Assembly: GCA_964291315.2 (NCBI GenBank)
Contig: OZ219752.1
Coordinates: forward strand, 224,001 to 288,000
Direction of reading: 5' to 3'
Source: Candidatus Poribacteria bacterium
GTDB lineage: Bacteria > Poribacteria > WGA-4E > WGA-3G
DNA length: 64,000 nucleotides
Shown piece by piece: positions 59,465 through 64,000 of the stretch. The notes beneath the pieces are model-generated. The model saw nothing but the letters and a program-made list of their open reading frames with translations. It was not told the DNA's origin and made no database searches. Numbering within the stretch: the first letter of the stretch is position 1; every line of letters begins with the position of its first letter. The position numbers were made by a program, and so were the translations under genes.

Positions 59465-62400
59465 ATGTCACAACTCAAACTCAAACCCACCCACAAAGCG
59501 ATCCGCGACTATTACGCCACGCTGCAGGCATACGACCAGCACAAGGCGACACACGAGGGGGCGGTCAGCAATCCGTTCGCCTTCTTGCTCGATACTTGCG
59601 CGAAGCAGATGAAAGCGACGCTCATCCCGCAATATCAGATGCACACCCCCAACGGAAACCGCATCGTGATTGACGGCGCAATCTTGGACGAATACAGCCT
59701 GCCGCTCGCCTACTGGGAGGCAAAAGATATAGATGACGATCTCACGAAGGCTGTTGAAGAAAAACGCGCGGCGGGGTATCCGCTAGACAACATCCTGTTC
59801 CAGAACCCCGAGCGCACGATTGTCTATCAGAACGGACGGGTCGCCTTAGACAGCGACATCCGCAATGCTGCAGGACTGATCGCCGCTCTTGAATGTCTGT
59901 TCGCTTATCTGCCGCCGGCATTGGAAAATTGGCAGTCGGCTGTAAAAGACTTCAAAGAACATGTGCCGGCTCTTGCAGGCAAGTTGAAAGAGCTCATTAA
60001 CCAGCGGCACGCGGTGGATACGGCATTCCAAACGGCGTTTTCTAACTTCTATGAGACCTGCCGCACGACGATCAACCCCGAGCTCTCACAGGAGGCAGTC
60101 GAGGAGATGCTGATCCAACACATCCTCACCGAACGCATCTTCCGAACGGTTTTCAACCGGTCGGACTTTACCTATCGGAACATTATCGCTGTTGAGATAG
60201 AGAACGTGAGTAGTGCGCTGATGCGGCATGCGATGAGTCGAGATGTGTTTCTGGAACCTCTAGATCGTTTCTACAGCGCTATTGAGCAGGCGGCGGCACT
60301 CTGCAAAGACTTCTCACAGAAACAGCACTTCCTCAATACATTCTATGAGCAGTTCTTTCAAGGGTTCTCCGAGAAGACAGCCGATACACACGGGATTGTC
60401 TATACGCCGCAGCCGATCGTGGATTTCATGGTCAACAGCGTACGGCATCTATTAGAGACAGAGTTTGGCCGTTCGCTGTCGGATAGTGGTGTGCATATCA
60501 TCGACCCGTTTGTCGGCACGGGCAACTTTATCGTGCGGTTGATGCACGACATTCAAGGCACGGCACTCGAGACAAAATACCGCGAGGAGCTGCACTGCAA
60601 TGAGGTGATGCTGTTGCCCTACTACATCGCGAGTTTGAACATTGAGCAGGAGTATTTCCGTCGGACGGGTGCGTATCTGCCGTTTGAGGGTATCGTGCTG
60701 GCGGATACATTCGAGCTGCTTGAGCAGGAGCAGGGCCAGCTCTTCACGCGTGAAAACACAGAGCGTGTGAAGCGACAGAAGTCAGCGGAGATGTTCGTGG
60801 TGATCGGCAACCCGCCCTATAACATGGGGCAGGCGAATGAGAACGACAACAATAAGAATAGGAAGTATCCACTCATGGACGCACGGGTTGCGGAGACGTA
60901 TGTGAAAGACTCCACAGCCACGTTGCGGAATAAGCTCTATGATCCGTATGTGAAGGCGATCCGGTGGGCATCCGACCGGATTGGCACAGAGGGCGTTGTG
61001 GCTCTGATAACGAATAACAGTTTTCTGGACGGCATCGCGTTTGATGGTATGCGAAAGCACCTTGCGGAAGACTTCCATGCGATTTACATACTCGACTTAG
61101 GCGGAAATGCCCGGAAGGGATTAAAGGTCTCAAGTGCCAATGTGTTCGGCATTCGGGTAGGCGTGAGTATCAATCTGTTCGTGAAAAACAGGGACAAGTC
61201 ATCAGATGAACCGCGTATCTTTTACTATCGCACGGATGACTTGTGGAACAAAGAGCAGAAGTTCGAGTTCCTGAATAAATGCCGGCATGCGGGCGAGGTT
61301 GCGTGGCAGCCTATTGAACCCGACGCACGCCACGCATGGCTCACGGAGGGGCTGGACCCAGAATTTGACACCTTCACTCCGATGGGCAGCAAAGCGTTAA
61401 AAAGAAAGAAGAGCGGAGCTGGAGCGGCGATTTTTAATCTTTATTCTCTTGGTGTTTGTACGGGCAGAGATGGTTTGGTATACAGCTCTAATCTCACACT
61501 GCTACAAGAACGGGTCCGCACCTTTATTGAAATACATAACACCACAGTAGACCGGAAGCGCCGGCAGGATCCGAACGCCCCGGTTGAACGTTTCATTGAT
61601 ACGACTGATCCGCGCATCAAGTGGAGTCGCCAAACTAAGAGGGCACTGAAGAAATTGGAGCTAAGCACCTACGAGGATAGTCACTTTCGGAAGGTGTTGT
61701 ATCGCCCATTTTGTCAAAAATATCTCTACTTCGATGATTTTTGGAATGAGGAACGTTATCAACAGCATCGGATCTTCCCGACACCAGAGACAGAGGCAGA
61801 AAATCGGGTAATCTGTGTCAACGTGACGCTAGAAAAACCCTTTACTTGTTTGATGACTGCTTGTATTCCTGACCTTGTAGTAACGGGCGGGTTTGGATCA
61901 CCAACCCAATGTTTTTCCTTCTACGCCTACGACGAAGACGGCGCAAATCGCCGCGAAAATATCACCGATTGGGCACTATCTGAATTCCGCTCTCACTACA
62001 AGGACGATGCCATCAGCAAGTGGGACATCTTCCACTACACCTATGGTCTCCTGCATCACTCTGACTATCGAGAGAGATACGAGGCGAACCTCAAGCGCGA
62101 TCTGCCACATATCCCGTTCGCGACAGACTTCTGGGCGTTCGCTACCGCAGGGGCACAACTCGCAGACCTTCACATCAACTACGAAGCCGCACAAAAGTTC
62201 GAATTGAAATACAGAGAAACGCCCGACACCCCCGTAGATTGGTGCGTCGAGAAGATGAAGTTGTCTAAAGATAAGACACAGTTGAAATATAACGCCTTCT
62301 TGACGTTGGAGGGCATCCCTGCCGAGGCGTTTGCGTATCGGCTAGGCACTCGTTCGGCGTTGGAGTGGGTGATAGATCAGTATCGCGTCAAGACGCACAG

Positions 62401-62527
62401 TCGGAGTGGGTTGGTCAACGATCCAAATCGTTCGGATGCGCCGCGGTATATTGTGGATTTAGTGGCGCGGGTTATCAGTGTCAGTCTAAAGACGGTAGAG
62501 ATTGTTAAGAATTTGCCGCAATTGTAA
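59465..62527 (+). CDS. Single-chain restriction-modification enzyme (nuclease, N6-adenine MTase, Type ISP-like C-terminal specificity domain)
   Basis: IDG...YWEAKD nuclease motif, GIVYTPQPIVDFM, DPFVGTGNF, IGNPPY, YRPF, LYFD, SALEWVIDQY; no helicase motifs. Confidence 0.88.
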   Translation: MSQLKLKPTHKAIRDYYATLQAYDQHKATHEGAVSNPFAFLLDTCAKQMKATLIPQYQMHTPNGNRIVIDGAILDEYSLPLAYWEAKDIDDDLTKAVEEKRAAGYPLDNILFQNPERTIVYQNGRVALDSDIRNAAGLIAALECLFAYLPPALENWQSAVKDFKEHVPALAGKLKELINQRHAVDTAFQTAFSNFYETCRTTINPELSQEAVEEMLIQHILTERIFRTVFNRSDFTYRNIIAVEIENVSSALMRHAMSRDVFLEPLDRFYSAIEQAAALCKDFSQKQHFLNTFYEQFFQGFSEKTADTHGIVYTPQPIVDFMVNSVRHLLETEFGRSLSDSGVHIIDPFVGTGNFIVRLMHDIQGTALETKYREELHCNEVMLLPYYIASLNIEQEYFRRTGAYLPFEGIVLADTFELLEQEQGQLFTRENTERVKRQKSAEMFVVIGNPPYNMGQANENDNNKNRKYPLMDARVAETYVKDSTATLRNKLYDPYVKAIRWASDRIGTEGVVALITNNSFLDGIAFDGMRKHLAEDFHAIYILDLGGNARKGLKVSSANVFGIRVGVSINLFVKNRDKSSDEPRIFYYRTDDLWNKEQKFEFLNKCRHAGEVAWQPIEPDARHAWLTEGLDPEFDTFTPMGSKALKRKKSGAGAAIFNLYSLGVCTGRDGLVYSSNLTLLQERVRTFIEIHNTTVDRKRRQDPNAPVERFIDTTDPRIKWSRQTKRALKKLELSTYEDSHFRKVLYRPFCQKYLYFDDFWNEERYQQHRIFPTPETEAENRVICVNVTLEKPFTCLMTACIPDLVVTGGFGSPTQCFSFYAYDEDGANRRENITDWALSEFRSHYKDDAISKWDIFHYTYGLLHHSDYRERYEANLKRDLPHIPFATDFWAFATAGAQLADLHINYEAAQKFELKYRETPDTPVDWCVEKMKLSKDKTQLKYNAFLTLEGIPAEAFAYRLGTRSALEWVIDQYRVKTHSRSGLVNDPNRSDAPRYIVDLVARVISVSLKTVEIVKNLPQL

Positions 62528-62578
62528 AGGGGATCTGCATGCCTACCGTGTTGACTTCTGAACTCAAATAGATCTGAC

Positions 62579-62607
62579 TTGACAATCTGGCGGGTTTGTG
62601 TTAAAAT
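62579..62607 (+). promoter_or_regulatory. Sigma-70 promoter of leuS
   Basis: TTGACA-17 nt-TAAAAT with extended -10 TG. Confidence 0.7.
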
Positions 62608-62660
62608 TTATTCTGAATAGAGCCAATACCAAAATGCTGAAATAGTGAGGATTACGTGGA

Positions 62661-64000
62661 ATGGAGAACCACTCGTACGCCCCGGCGAAAATAGAGGCTT
62701 ACTGGCAGGCCGTGTGGCGAGAAAAAGAGGCATTTAAAATTTCGAACCATATTGAAACGTTAGAAACTAAGCCGAAATTTTATGTGCTTGGAATGTTTCC
62801 GTATACTTCTGGCGCGGGTCTTCATGTGGGGCATGCAAAAAATTATGTGCCAACCGATGTCATCGCAAACCTCCGGCGAATGCAGGGTTACCATGTAATG
62901 CATCCCATGGGCTGGGACGCTTTTGGGCTCCCCACGGAACGTTATGCAGTGCGCGAAAATGAACATCCAGTGGACATCACAAAACGGAATACGGAGACCT
63001 TCCAGCGGCAGATTGGACGCATCGGTCTCTCTTACGACTGGTCCCGCAAAATTGATACCTCCTTGCCCGAATATTATAAATGGACGCAATGGATTTTCCT
63101 CCGGCTCTATGAAAGGGGGCTTGCATATCTCGCCGAGGTCCCCGTCAATTGGTGTCCCGCCCTTGGTACTGTACTTTCAAACGAAGAGGTAAAGGAGGGT
63201 AAATATGTTGAAACTGGTGATCCCGTTGAACGCCGTCTCATGCATCAGTGGATGCTCAAAATTACGGCTTACGCAGAGCGCTTGTTAGATGACTTGGATC
63301 TATTGGATTGGCCCGAAGGGCTCAAAGAGATGCAGCGGCACTGGATCGGCAAATCGGAAGGTGCAGACATCATTTTCGATATCAAAGATAGCGACGAGAC
63401 CTTCACTGTCTTCACAACGCGTCCGGATACGCTTTTCGGGGCAACATATTGCGTGCTGGCCCCTGAACACCCGCTCGTTTCTGAAGTAACACACCCGGAT
63501 GCAGCGTCCACAGTTCAGGCTTACATTAAGGCGGCTGTCAATAAAACTGATCTACAGCGAACAGAGCTCGCCACTGAGAAGACAGGAGTCTTCACAGGTG
63601 CCTATGCTATCAATCCGTGTAACAATACGCCTATCCCAATTTGGGTTGCAGATTATGTCCTCATGACTTATGGCACGGGGGCTATTATGGCGGTTCCGGG
63701 GCATGATGGCCGTGACCACGAGTTTGCTTCAACTTTTGGCATTCCTATCGTTGAGGTTATCAGCGGTGGTGAAAAACCGATCGAAGAGGCCCCTTTTGAG
63801 GGAGAGGGTATCTGCGTGAACTCCGGATTCCTCAACGGCCTGCAGGTTAATGAGGCAAAAAAGAAAATGATAGAGTGGCTCGAAAGTAGATCGAGAGGAT
63901 CCGGGCAGGTTCAGTATCGTTTGCGAGATTGGCTCTTCTCACGGCAGCGTTATTGGGGGGAACCGTTTCCGCTTGTGCACCTTGAAGACGGCACGATTGT
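62661..64000 (+). CDS. leuS: Leucine--tRNA ligase (partial, runs off window; absent from the ORF track)
   Basis: Manual translation: [16 protein letters not shown]...[14 protein letters not shown]...[10 protein letters not shown]...[11 protein letters not shown]...[17 protein letters not shown]. Confidence 0.97.
   Translation, partial: MENHSYAPAKIEAYWQAVWREKEAFKISNHIETLETKPKFYVLGMFPYTSGAGLHVGHAKNYVPTDVIANLRRMQGYHVMHPMGWDAFGLPTERYAVRENEHPVDITKRNTETFQRQIGRIGLSYDWSRKIDTSLPEYYKWTQWIFLRLYERGLAYLAEVPVNWCPALGTVLSNEEVKEGKYVETGDPVERRLMHQWMLKITAYAERLLDDLDLLDWPEGLKEMQRHWIGKSEGADIIFDIKDSDETFTVFTTRPDTLFGATYCVLAPEHPLVSEVTHPDAASTVQAYIKAAVNKTDLQRTELATEKTGVFTGAYAINPCNNTPIPIWVADYVLMTYGTGAIMAVPGHDGRDHEFASTFGIPIVEVISGGEKPIEEAPFEGEGICVNSGFLNGLQVNEAKKKMIEWLESRSRGSGQVQYRLRDWLFSRQRYWGEPFPLVHLEDGTI

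Noticed and set aside
62760-63511. Short ORFs listed in the track
   Set aside because: All overlap the open leuS frame that runs off the window end

Overview
This is a 64-kb bacterial chromosomal window of moderate GC. The gene content and style suggest Candidatus Poribacteria or a related FCB/PVC-adjacent lineage (inference): expanded FGE-sulfatase paralogs, Kelch/NHL proteins, a 'KLTTRWGELK' C-terminal tag and degenerate REP-like palindromes. Core content is a tRNA cluster (four Ser, Arg, Ala) with tadA, a large Alu-containing SRP RNA, dnaX-ybaB-recR, mnmG-rsmG, an Rsb-type partner-switching cluster, galK/ROK, tsaE, tenA, a phoR-like kinase, a dapA-like gene, aroA and a partial leuS. Main signals beyond the ORF track: (1) two 'separate' minus-strand ORFs form one ~670-aa selenoprotein-N-like gene with an in-frame UGA in a C-U-GSG motif and a candidate bacterial SECIS; (2) three FGE/C-type-lectin-fold paralogs whose two intact C-termini differ with a DGR-like codon position 1/2 signature, with no RT or template repeat in the window; (3) a DarT toxin fused to a NADAR-like domain plus a second stand-alone NADAR-like gene; (4) an orphan Cys-rich peptide resembling a RiPP precursor; (5) an internally deleted IS200/IS605 tnpB element that keeps its ends; (6) a solitary SSAP-like gene with paired palindromes upstream; (7) heptamer and REP-like repeats, some inserted in frame in proteins. 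All family assignments come from motif recognition by eye; no searches were run.
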